IMG/VR virus record: IMGVR_UViG_3300028844_006431
Location: 1-64,000 of that record
Length of the DNA: 64,000 nucleotides
Origin: a virus
Direction: 5' to 3' (one strand)
A program made the translations under genes and the position numbers. The notes beneath the pieces are model-generated. The model saw only the letters and a list, made by a program, of their open reading frames with translations, was not told the DNA's origin and did no database searches. Of this stretch, positions 8,568 through 17,528 are shown one piece after another (within the stretch, counting starts at the first letter, position 1; each line of letters opens with the position of its first letter).

Positions 8568-11500
8568 TTAAACAAAACACTCAGACTTTGTATTAGCATA
8601 CATCGGATAAGCAATTCCTCTAGAACTTTCCAAAAACTCTACTTCTTGGATGCTTGCTTCAAAATCTGTAACAAATGTATTTAGTTTAGAAGTTTCCCAT
8701 AAATAACCTTCCAACCTACCAGTTTTCATCTGTAAATTCGTGTTTGTAAATTTTCTCCAATCGTTTTTTAAACTCTTTGCTTTAAATCGTTTATTATTCA
8801 TCTTATATATATCAACGTCAAGATATGGTCCCAACATTGAAGAAATTAAGAAATCATCACCTAAAAGCATTGTAGTATTTATATTACTTATTTTACACTC
8901 AGAAATTTGAAAAGGAGATTCGACATTTTCTTCCAAATTCAAAGAAGTCATGATTGCGGTATTTGAATTTACACCCGATGTATATTCATATCCACCATCT
9001 TTATAATTTTTCTGACGGAACTTTTTAATTTCAAACATCTGTTCTGTCAAAGAATGAACCGATCCACCTTTCAAATGTGTTCGTATTGAATCAGTAATTT
9101 CAAAAGTATCCATTCGGTCTAAAATATATTCATTCAATACATTATGGTCAATTCTTTTTTCAGTATCAATCATACGATCGGCATTCTTTACTTGATTCAA
9201 AAATTCAAATACATATTCTTTCTCAGCAATTTCTCCTGAACCATCAACAAAGTTTGCTTCTTTTTCGAGTGTTGTTTGAACTTCTTTGAGTTTTGTTTTA
9301 AGAATATCCGATACTTTATCACCATCTTCATTCAATTCAAACTCATTATACATCGCAAATGTAAAGTGTGATGAGGCATCAACAGTGCGATTTGATTTCT
9401 TGACATCATAAGAAGTTTTCTTGACTAATTCACGATGAGTGATTGGTTGATCTAAAAACTCTTGTGTAATTTTTTCATGTAAGTTGATTACATTTTCTTC
9501 AACTTTTAAATCATCAATTTTGTTAAACTCAACAAAAGTTTCACCCGCATATATTCCAGAATCAATTAAATTTGTATGATGATTAAGCAATACAAACTCG
9601 GAAGCCTCAACAAATGGTGAAGCTAAAGGATTCATTACATGTGAATCATCGGAAAGGTCTCTTGGTATTGAAATTGCTTGTTGGCTTTCATAATTTGTTT
9701 TAACTGTTCTCGTAATTTCACCATATTCTTGAACAAGGCCAAATTTCAAATAGTCTTCAATGCGTTGAGTGTTGAATCCTATAATTAATTCATTACCACG
9801 GATAATAAATCGATCTGAAATATGATCTTTTTCTGTAAAGATTTGATTGAATTCACCATGAACTTCAGTTCCAGCTTCTAAGAAAGTTCCATTTGGTAAG
9901 TATAAAGTTGTATCAATTGAATAATAAGGTTGAATATTTTGCTGAGGTATAATTGTTTGCGGACTATCATCAACATACTTAGACGCCGCATCTTTATAAT
10001 GAGAATAAAACTGTGGATTGTATGTAATTTCAAACATACTTTTGGCGCCTACCGAAGGTATATGCTCACGATTATTCACCGCTATTTTTGCAAGTAAATA
10101 ATCTCCAATCTGATGATCAATAATATCAGTTCCATATATTCTACCATCAAGAGAAATATATTGATTGCGGTCAAAGATATTCACATCACCATAAATCAAA
10201 GTTCTTGGTAAAGGAATATCTGAAGTAGCATCAAGAACAGTTGTATTGGCAAAATATAATGTAGTATCAATTGAATAGAAAGGTTGTATATCTTTAAATG
10301 CTAAAGCATCTTCATGCTCATCAACATACTTATCTTTAGCATCGTAGTAGTGGGCATATAACTGAGGCTTATAGGTAATTTCAGGTTCATTTTTAGCAGA
10401 GACAGAGGGAATTGCTTCACCTCCCCACTCTGTAATTGGTAAACCAAACATATCCCCAGATATAGGATAATCAAGTCGATTATTTTTGATCTTATCACTC
10501 AGAGCAAAAACTTTCCAACTATCATAAATGTTGACATCTTCAATCACTTTTACAGCAGCATCCCAAGACTGAACAGTTTGTTCAAAGAAGGTTGTATTTC
10601 CATCATTCCAAATCATTTCTGGCATATAATAATCTTGTATATCACGATTATGATAATTATCAAAATTTTCATCTACATATTTACTCTTTGAATCTGTGTA
10701 ATTATAATATAGTTGAGGTTTATAATCAATTTCAACTTGAGGTAGAACTCTCACTCCAGGTAAAGTATCGGTCGCCCAATCTCTCAAAACCATACTCCAC
10801 ATACCACCGGTCAACTGACGGTCAAGTAATTGAAAATCAATAATGTCAGCCAAACCAAAGTTACGATGTGAATCAAGAATTTTATTTTCTTTTTCAATGT
10901 TAGTTCTTATATAAACTTCTTTTGAAGATGTAGCATCTAAGAAAGTTGTATTGGGAAAATAAACAATTGTGTCTTGTATATAATAATCTTTTACATCAAA
11001 AGAAAAGTTGGTTCCTTCAAAATTTTCATCAACATATTGATCTTCAACATTCTTACCATAATGCCAGTATAATTGAGGTGAATATTCAAATTCAGTTTGT
11101 GGGTGACATTGAACAGAAGGTATAGTATCACCTCCCCAGTCTCTCAAACGAATTGCTATTTTCATAAACTCTTTGATATTTCTTTTCAACCAGCGATGAT
11201 TGAAAATATCAAATAAAGCAAATGATGTATTTTTATTTACAACGTCGACAACACCTTCTAATTGATCAACTTTATAAACTTCTCTTGAAGCCGAGCCATC
11301 TAAGAAAGTTGTATTTGGGAAATATATAATTTGATCAGCATTATATACAGGTAGTTGATATCCTTTTAAGTTTTCAGCTTCTTCATTTATTTGAGCATTT
11401 ATTTCAATTTCAGTTTGAGGAATTACAAGGGCTCCTGGTAAACCATCTTTAGTATATTCAACAAGTCTTTGTGGAATAAATGCGTTTCGAATCAAATCAT

Positions 11501-14500
11501 TAAGTAAATCATATTCAACAAAATCATCAAGCATGAAAAGTAAATTACGATTTGGTATCGCAAGTTTAGTTTTTACATCAAAAACACTTTCAGTGAAAAC
11601 AGGAGTTGCGTCTAAGAAAGTTGTATTAGGGAAATAGATCGTAGTTGTAGTTTCATATCCAAAATCTACAACATAATTATTTGCTGTGAAAATTTTAGGT
11701 TGAGAAAGAACTGAAACGCTCGGTATTTTATCACCAAAGTAATCCGTAAACTTACTGTTGAACCAATCATAAATTCTTGTTCTTATCCAGGGCGCAATGA
11801 TATCTGTTGTTTGAAAATAAGGATTACGGTCTTCAACATGGAAATGTTCAATCGTATAATTATAAATGTCATCATTAATTGTACCATCAATAAAGTTTGT
11901 ATTTCCTTCCAATCCTGTTTCAACATATTCAACCATTGGAATTTTCTTTTCCATTGGTGCCAAATAAATTGTCGGTTCATGAAAAGCAGAAACTGAAGGT
12001 ATTGTATCTCCAAGCCAAGACTTGCTTCGTGCTTTCAACCAGGGATCAAATACCTTGTTAGTCCAGTCTGTATATTCATTACGAATTTGTTTATCATAAT
12101 CAAAATATAACCAACGATTTCCAATATGCTTTTCAAGGTCATAATCTAATACTGTTTTTATATTATTTGCTGTATCTGTTTTATGTTTTTCATAAGAAAA
12201 GACAGGATCAAGTCCACCACTAATCAAAGTACTTTTGATTTTTATATTTTCTCTTTTGAGTTCATTATCCCAGTGAAACCAATTTTCAAGAAGAGGCATT
12301 TCAATTTTAGCCATGAAATTTGTTTTATCCCAAAAAGTAAGTCCTTTATGTGGATAAAAATATCCTCGGTCAAAAGCATATTCTTTACTATCAAATACAA
12401 ATGGAGTATCACCAAATAAAGGTAAAGGTGGTCTTTCACCATAAGCAAATACATGACTCAATAGTTTTCTGTCAAAAATAAATTCATCTGGCATCCATAT
12501 TGTTGCATCAACAGGCATTTCAAATTCACGTTCTTGTTCAACTACCCAATAACTTGAAGATGATCCATCAAGATTACTTAACTCAACCATAAATTCTTGA
12601 CGATTATATAAATCATATTGACTATAATCAAATGTATAATTTCTTTGGTAAGTAGCAACAGCATTCTGAACATTCATATTGTCAGCAGCAAAATAAATAT
12701 TTGTTTCAATGTTTGGATCAACTACCAACTCACCTAAAACATAAAAATCCTTTTCATCAAAAACAGCATTGAGTTTAAAATCATCTACATTTGTAATGTT
12801 AATAAAATCTACTTTGATTGCTACTTCAAGTTCACCCGGCTGATAATAAATTGTATCTAAATCAAAGAAGGAATGATTTTCATCAAACTTGGCATATATT
12901 GAGTTAAAGCCATAGGGAAACATTAATTTACCATGATGACCACTTCTTTGAAATGCGTTGATTTTGGTATCTAAAATTAAGATACCATCACGATTTCTTG
13001 GATCATTCAAAGCATCAGGATCCATTGCTAATGGATTGATGTTTATTCTTTCGTCTAATGGATAATGTTCAATTCTTCTTGTTTCAACAAAAGAAGTTAC
13101 TTCAGGTAATTCATAATGGCTAATGTTATAAAGATTTACCTTTGAATATGTAATGGGTCTGCCATTGATATCTGTTTTTTCATTTGCTTTTATCCATGTC
13201 TCAAAAGATAATAGAGATACTTTATTGCGGTCAAATTGTTCAAATCCAAGAATTGTAACATTGGCACTTTCAGCTTCGTGAACAAGTACACTATAATTTC
13301 TTTGCCAATCATGAAATAAATGTTGGTCGGTGTTTATAATTGAAGCACTCACATTTGCTTGATTATATTGAACATTTTCAATTACAATTTTTTGAATTGG
13401 CCGATTATGATTATTTGCATCCAATTCAAAATAATTTTTTGACAGATCAAGGGTGAGTTGAGATTCTGGCACACCCTTTACATGTACAGGAGCGCATTTG
13501 AAACTTTCATCAATATCAACAGTGGAAAATTGAAAGGACTCAAATCCTAAGTTTGAGAAATATGTGTTGGTTGTATTGGAGTAATGAAAGATTTCTCTTC
13601 CATAATCAACAGTTATTTCTCGATCTTGTAAGAGTGAAATGTTAACGTCAGGGCGGGCAAGAATAACATGTTCAAGTGACGGGGACATTGTTTTGGGCAA
13701 GGCCACTATCGATGGCACCAGGCCGTAGGGAACCCCGGTGGCGCTCTTCTGGTCTCTTATCAAAAAAAAAATTTCGGTCGCTGCCACCTCCGGATAAGGA
13801 TTGCGAATTCTATGATAATGGTCTTGAGAATAGTTTAATGAATCAGTATCAAGAGTGGTTGTAGTCAATGTATAATTTGATTCATTTGCTGTATTCCCAT
13901 GAAGAGCCAATCCTTCTGGATTTTGATAATCAAAAACAATTGGCTCCAAATGAACGGGCAATATAAAATTTTGATTATATTCAAGATTAACTGAAAAGTT
14001 TTCTTCACTTACTCGTTTACTTTCATCAATGTATATTTCCGGTAAAGTATAACTGTTATCAATAATATAGTGTAATTCAAGTTCATCCATATCAACTTCA
14101 GTAGCCTTTGTCGGCATCTTAGCAAAGCCTTCAAAGTTATTAATCATCACACAAAATAAAGGTCCTGAATATCTACTTTTGATTATCTTTACAGTATTTT
14201 TGAGTGGAACTTTACCTGCGATGGGACTTTTACCAGCTTCAACTATTTTATCATCTACAATTGCTATACCATCAGGAGTTCTTGAAATATTGATGTCACT
14301 TGATTTTTTCTTATATAAAAGGTCATGTGTATCACTTAAAGCTAGTTCTTGATCTGAGATCACCGTAATTGAAAAGGTTGAACCATCAGTATATGTGTAG
14401 ATATTTCCCTCAAAATGAGTTGAATAGACTTCAGAAGGTTCTGTATATTTTACAATACCATCGGATCGCACTTCAGCAACTTTGACACCATACTCTAAAT

Positions 14501-17500
14501 TTTGAAATTGAACCCAGCCGTTTTCTGTTAGAATTTCAGCATCAGGTAAATAAGCACCTTGTTTTGACAGTGAGTTACCAGTTACAACTGGCATGAAAGC
14601 GGTTTGTCTGGCAAAACTAAATCCAATATTTCCACTATCTAAAGTTAAGTCTGAAGAACTAAAATCAGCGGCTGAGGTGAAAATTGATTGTGAGAAATCA
14701 GCCAATGAATTTGCCATTTGAATATCATCTGAATCAAATGTAGCACCTATTGTATTCGCAGATGTAATTGGTGATAAAAATGGATCTCTCGCAATGATCA
14801 TACCACCAATGTTTGTTCCTGTAATATATGTTTTGAGGTCATCAATCCAAACACGATGTTGGTGTATTGTCTTACCTGCCATTGTTTCAATTGGACCAGA
14901 ACGTGTTCCAATTGTTTGTGAGATCCAGTTTGCTTTGTCTTCTACATTAATCAGTTTTGTCCAAGATTGTGTTGCCATCAATAGGTCATAGACAGCACTA
15001 TTGGTTGAAATATGAGGCTCTGTTAAGTCACTCATATAATCATCAAATTCTTCATCAAGACTACGATGTGTATTCGCAATTAGAACTTGCTCTTCAGATA
15101 CAGTTCTCTGAACAATTGAGCGCCTTGAATTATTACCTATTCTTGTACCTAATCCTACATCACGATTATCGAATTTCCAAGGTCTACGATTATTTGACCA
15201 ATACGGGGGTATTACAGTATCATCAATAAAATACTTGAAAGCTTGATAGATATCAGCTATACCATCAACATCAATTTCAGTATATTCCTTTGCTTTGACA
15301 ACTTCATACTGCATTAGATTGGTTTCAATTTCATTCTGTAATATTTGATTAATAGTGAGTTCTCCAAATCTTTCCCATTCTTGTTCCATATGAGGATAAA
15401 TTACAGAATGGCAGTAGCCTTGTGATTCAATTTCAATCTCAGGCATTTCAAAATTCATAAATCGAAGCCTAAATTCAGAATCAAAACGATTGCGAATGAA
15501 AGCTAAGAAACCTGCTGGATGAAGTTCGTCAAGAAGAAGCGGTTCGATTGCTGTTGCTGGTATTTTTGTAATGATTTCATAAGAATACCATTGATAATAA
15601 TAATTGTCAAAGAAATACTTATCAGAAGATAGCATACTTTGATTGTTACGATATTCTTCATAAGGACGGTGATGAACGTCAAACACAGGTTCAACTTCAA
15701 ACGTCAAACCATGTTGGCAACGAAGATAGTTTGGTTCTTTTAGTGGATTACTAAAATTCTTACTTTCGGGCGCATTGAAAAAGAAAGGTGTTAAGTTTCG
15801 TCCCTTTTGAAGAGCCGGCTCTAAGACCTCAAGACCTGCTACACCATCACCTAAATGTGCCGTGATTTTTGCGGTATCACTGAGAGGTTGTACATTTACT
15901 AAGTCTACAATTTTACAGGTACGGACAGCCCCACCAGTATCTGTAAAAGTAAACATCGCATCATTTTCTAAATCGGCCATTGACCTTTGAGAAGCGAACC
16001 TTTTAGCAATATGATCTTCTGATAAAAGACCTGGAAGTAGAATCATACTATTTGTAACAGTCACATCACCAATATAATAAGCATCATTGTTTAGATTTGT
16101 TCCAGCACCAGATAATTCAATTGTTGTGTTTGTAACAATGAAATCATTATTCGCATCACTATCATCTAATAACAAATCAAAGACAAGCATTGTCTGAGCT
16201 TCTTTAATTGATGAATTTACATAAGCTGGTGGTGCAAATTTATAATCAAGTCCAGAATCTTCAAATGTGATCTCTTGAATCTGTCCAACTTCATAAGCTG
16301 GGAACATTGAAGCAGGAAGAATTTGATTAAGTGTAGAATCTTTAGCAGGTTGTGCAGCATTGTGAAATAAAGGATCATCTAATTTTACATGAGCAAATTT
16401 TGATAACTCATGATTTTTTATTTTATTGAATTGACTATTGAAAAAAGTTGTCAGAGATGGATCTTTATAGATTGCTGAAACATGTGCTTTAGCAAATTTT
16501 GTCGCTCCAGTAAAATCATTTTCAAAAACGACTTCATCTCCAACTGCATAACAAATACCAGGATCTTCAATCGTCATCTTAGTGACTGAATATTCTTCAA
16601 GTTTTGTAACTCTTGCCCGCCCATCAGCAAATCTGAATTCATCACCAACTTCATGTCCGATACCACCATCAGCTATTTTTAAATCAGTAACTGAAGTGTC
16701 GATGAATACTTCGGTTACTTTTATTCCCGTTGTCATATCAAATATATCGACTTTTTCACCAGCAATAAATTTTCCATTCAAATACACAAGGTCCATGTAC
16801 ATGCTGATTATACCATTATTTGAAGCCGAAATAATTTTACGACATATTGCTGATGCTTTTGATGATGTACCGTATATTCTTTTTTGGGAAAGTTGAGATG
16901 GTGTGTCGTGGTTTTCAATCGCAACTAAATTTTCACGATAATAACCACTATCAGATAATTTTAAAATGTCAACTTTGGGAAAATATAAGTCAATTGGCTC
17001 ATCAAAGAATATTCGAAAAAACCAATAATATGAATTTTCTGTTCCTCTTTTTTTGTAATAGTCAAGAATTTTTTTCGTAAGAGTTTTAGGATCTAGTTTA
17101 CGAAAAATACTATGGTCTAAAGAAACATTTTTATGAAAATATTTTTTGAAAAGAGTAAGAGTGGTTTGATAAACTGAATTTTCTTCAATGTCTGCAATGT
17201 ATTGATAGATATTTTTATACAGAGAACGTATAAAATATATTTCACCTGAAGTACCATTTACAATTACTTCATCTTTATAGAATTGATTATCTTTAGTTAA
17301 GTAATCAAAATAAACTCGATCTGGTGTAACTGTTTTTACAACTCCCTTTGCTTTTGAAAGAGAACCATAGATAAAATCACCCTCTTGAACATTCTTTATT
17401 TGGTCAAGAACCAAAACTGATGATTCAAGAAAGTTATAATATTCTCGGACAAACTCGGCAAATTGTGGGTATTGCTCGAGAAAGTAACCAGGCAGTTGGC

Positions 17501-17528
17501 TCTCGATTAGATCTTTAGGAGTTGTCAT
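8568..17528 (-). CDS. gp7: Baseplate wedge initiator, T4 gp7-like, with a C-terminal extension of about 2300 aa (Hint-like domain, repeats)
   Basis: IESQLPGYFLEQYPQFAEFVREYYNFLE, YYKKRGTENSY..FFRIFF and YYQWYSYEI...LHPAGF; lies between gp6 and gp8. Confidence 0.82.
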   Translation of the reverse strand: MTTPKDLIESQLPGYFLEQYPQFAEFVREYYNFLESSVLVLDQIKNVQEGDFIYGSLSKAKGVVKTVTPDRVYFDYLTKDNQFYKDEVIVNGTSGEIYFIRSLYKNIYQYIADIEENSVYQTTLTLFKKYFHKNVSLDHSIFRKLDPKTLTKKILDYYKKRGTENSYYWFFRIFFDEPIDLYFPKVDILKLSDSGYYRENLVAIENHDTPSQLSQKRIYGTSSKASAICRKIISASNNGIISMYMDLVYLNGKFIAGEKVDIFDMTTGIKVTEVFIDTSVTDLKIADGGIGHEVGDEFRFADGRARVTKLEEYSVTKMTIEDPGICYAVGDEVVFENDFTGATKFAKAHVSAIYKDPSLTTFFNSQFNKIKNHELSKFAHVKLDDPLFHNAAQPAKDSTLNQILPASMFPAYEVGQIQEITFEDSGLDYKFAPPAYVNSSIKEAQTMLVFDLLLDDSDANNDFIVTNTTIELSGAGTNLNNDAYYIGDVTVTNSMILLPGLLSEDHIAKRFASQRSMADLENDAMFTFTDTGGAVRTCKIVDLVNVQPLSDTAKITAHLGDGVAGLEVLEPALQKGRNLTPFFFNAPESKNFSNPLKEPNYLRCQHGLTFEVEPVFDVHHRPYEEYRNNQSMLSSDKYFFDNYYYQWYSYEIITKIPATAIEPLLLDELHPAGFLAFIRNRFDSEFRLRFMNFEMPEIEIESQGYCHSVIYPHMEQEWERFGELTINQILQNEIETNLMQYEVVKAKEYTEIDVDGIADIYQAFKYFIDDTVIPPYWSNNRRPWKFDNRDVGLGTRIGNNSRRSIVQRTVSEEQVLIANTHRSLDEEFDDYMSDLTEPHISTNSAVYDLLMATQSWTKLINVEDKANWISQTIGTRSGPIETMAGKTIHQHRVWIDDLKTYITGTNIGGMIIARDPFLSPITSANTIGATFDSDDIQMANSLADFSQSIFTSAADFSSSDLTLDSGNIGFSFARQTAFMPVVTGNSLSKQGAYLPDAEILTENGWVQFQNLEYGVKVAEVRSDGIVKYTEPSEVYSTHFEGNIYTYTDGSTFSITVISDQELALSDTHDLLYKKKSSDINISRTPDGIAIVDDKIVEAGKSPIAGKVPLKNTVKIIKSRYSGPLFCVMINNFEGFAKMPTKATEVDMDELELHYIIDNSYTLPEIYIDESKRVSEENFSVNLEYNQNFILPVHLEPIVFDYQNPEGLALHGNTANESNYTLTTTTLDTDSLNYSQDHYHRIRNPYPEVAATEIFFLIRDQKSATGVPYGLVPSIVALPKTMSPSLEHVILARPDVNISLLQDREITVDYGREIFHYSNTTNTYFSNLGFESFQFSTVDIDESFKCAPVHVKGVPESQLTLDLSKNYFELDANNHNRPIQKIVIENVQYNQANVSASIINTDQHLFHDWQRNYSVLVHEAESANVTILGFEQFDRNKVSLLSFETWIKANEKTDINGRPITYSKVNLYNISHYELPEVTSFVETRRIEHYPLDERININPLAMDPDALNDPRNRDGILILDTKINAFQRSGHHGKLMFPYGFNSIYAKFDENHSFFDLDTIYYQPGELEVAIKVDFINITNVDDFKLNAVFDEKDFYVLGELVVDPNIETNIYFAADNMNVQNAVATYQRNYTFDYSQYDLYNRQEFMVELSNLDGSSSSYWVVEQEREFEMPVDATIWMPDEFIFDRKLLSHVFAYGERPPLPLFGDTPFVFDSKEYAFDRGYFYPHKGLTFWDKTNFMAKIEMPLLENWFHWDNELKRENIKIKSTLISGGLDPVFSYEKHKTDTANNIKTVLDYDLEKHIGNRWLYFDYDKQIRNEYTDWTNKVFDPWLKARSKSWLGDTIPSVSAFHEPTIYLAPMEKKIPMVEYVETGLEGNTNFIDGTINDDIYNYTIEHFHVEDRNPYFQTTDIIAPWIRTRIYDWFNSKFTDYFGDKIPSVSVLSQPKIFTANNYVVDFGYETTTTIYFPNTTFLDATPVFTESVFDVKTKLAIPNRNLLFMLDDFVEYDLLNDLIRNAFIPQRLVEYTKDGLPGALVIPQTEIEINAQINEEAENLKGYQLPVYNADQIIYFPNTTFLDGSASREVYKVDQLEGVVDVVNKNTSFALFDIFNHRWLKRNIKEFMKIAIRLRDWGGDTIPSVQCHPQTEFEYSPQLYWHYGKNVEDQYVDENFEGTNFSFDVKDYYIQDTIVYFPNTTFLDATSSKEVYIRTNIEKENKILDSHRNFGLADIIDFQLLDRQLTGGMWSMVLRDWATDTLPGVRVLPQVEIDYKPQLYYNYTDSKSKYVDENFDNYHNRDIQDYYMPEMIWNDGNTTFFEQTVQSWDAAVKVIEDVNIYDSWKVFALSDKIKNNRLDYPISGDMFGLPITEWGGEAIPSVSAKNEPEITYKPQLYAHYYDAKDKYVDEHEDALAFKDIQPFYSIDTTLYFANTTVLDATSDIPLPRTLIYGDVNIFDRNQYISLDGRIYGTDIIDHQIGDYLLAKIAVNNREHIPSVGAKSMFEITYNPQFYSHYKDAASKYVDDSPQTIIPQQNIQPYYSIDTTLYLPNGTFLEAGTEVHGEFNQIFTEKDHISDRFIIRGNELIIGFNTQRIEDYLKFGLVQEYGEITRTVKTNYESQQAISIPRDLSDDSHVMNPLASPFVEASEFVLLNHHTNLIDSGIYAGETFVEFNKIDDLKVEENVINLHEKITQEFLDQPITHRELVKKTSYDVKKSNRTVDASSHFTFAMYNEFELNEDGDKVSDILKTKLKEVQTTLEKEANFVDGSGEIAEKEYVFEFLNQVKNADRMIDTEKRIDHNVLNEYILDRMDTFEITDSIRTHLKGGSVHSLTEQMFEIKKFRQKNYKDGGYEYTSGVNSNTAIMTSLNLEENVESPFQISECKISNINTTMLLGDDFLISSMLGPYLDVDIYKMNNKRFKAKSLKNDWRKFTNTNLQMKTGRLEGYLWETSKLNTFVTDFEASIQEVEFLESSRGIAYPMYANTKSECFV
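9870..12015 (-). repeat. About 7 degenerate protein repeats of 90-120 aa inside gp7
   Basis: Recurring G(D/E)xIPSV...PxxEIxYxPQLY and (Y/F)PNTTFLD(A/G) motifs. Confidence 0.8.
14130..14555 (-). other. Degenerate Hint (intein-like) domain within gp7, about aa 992-1133
   Basis: Block A-like AYLPDAEILTENGW, FEGNIY, block B-like ITVISDQEL and block F-like YSGPLFCVMI; the canonical Cys1, TxxH and terminal His-Asn are absent. Confidence 0.72.

Noticed and set aside
13676-13864. Plus-strand 62-aa ORF over the GC-rich island
   Set aside because: No RBS and antisense to gp7; most simply a by-product of local GC richness.
14130-14555. Active, mobile intein in gp7
   Set aside because: It lacks Cys/Ser1, the block B His, the terminal Asn and any homing endonuclease; kept only as a degenerate Hint domain.
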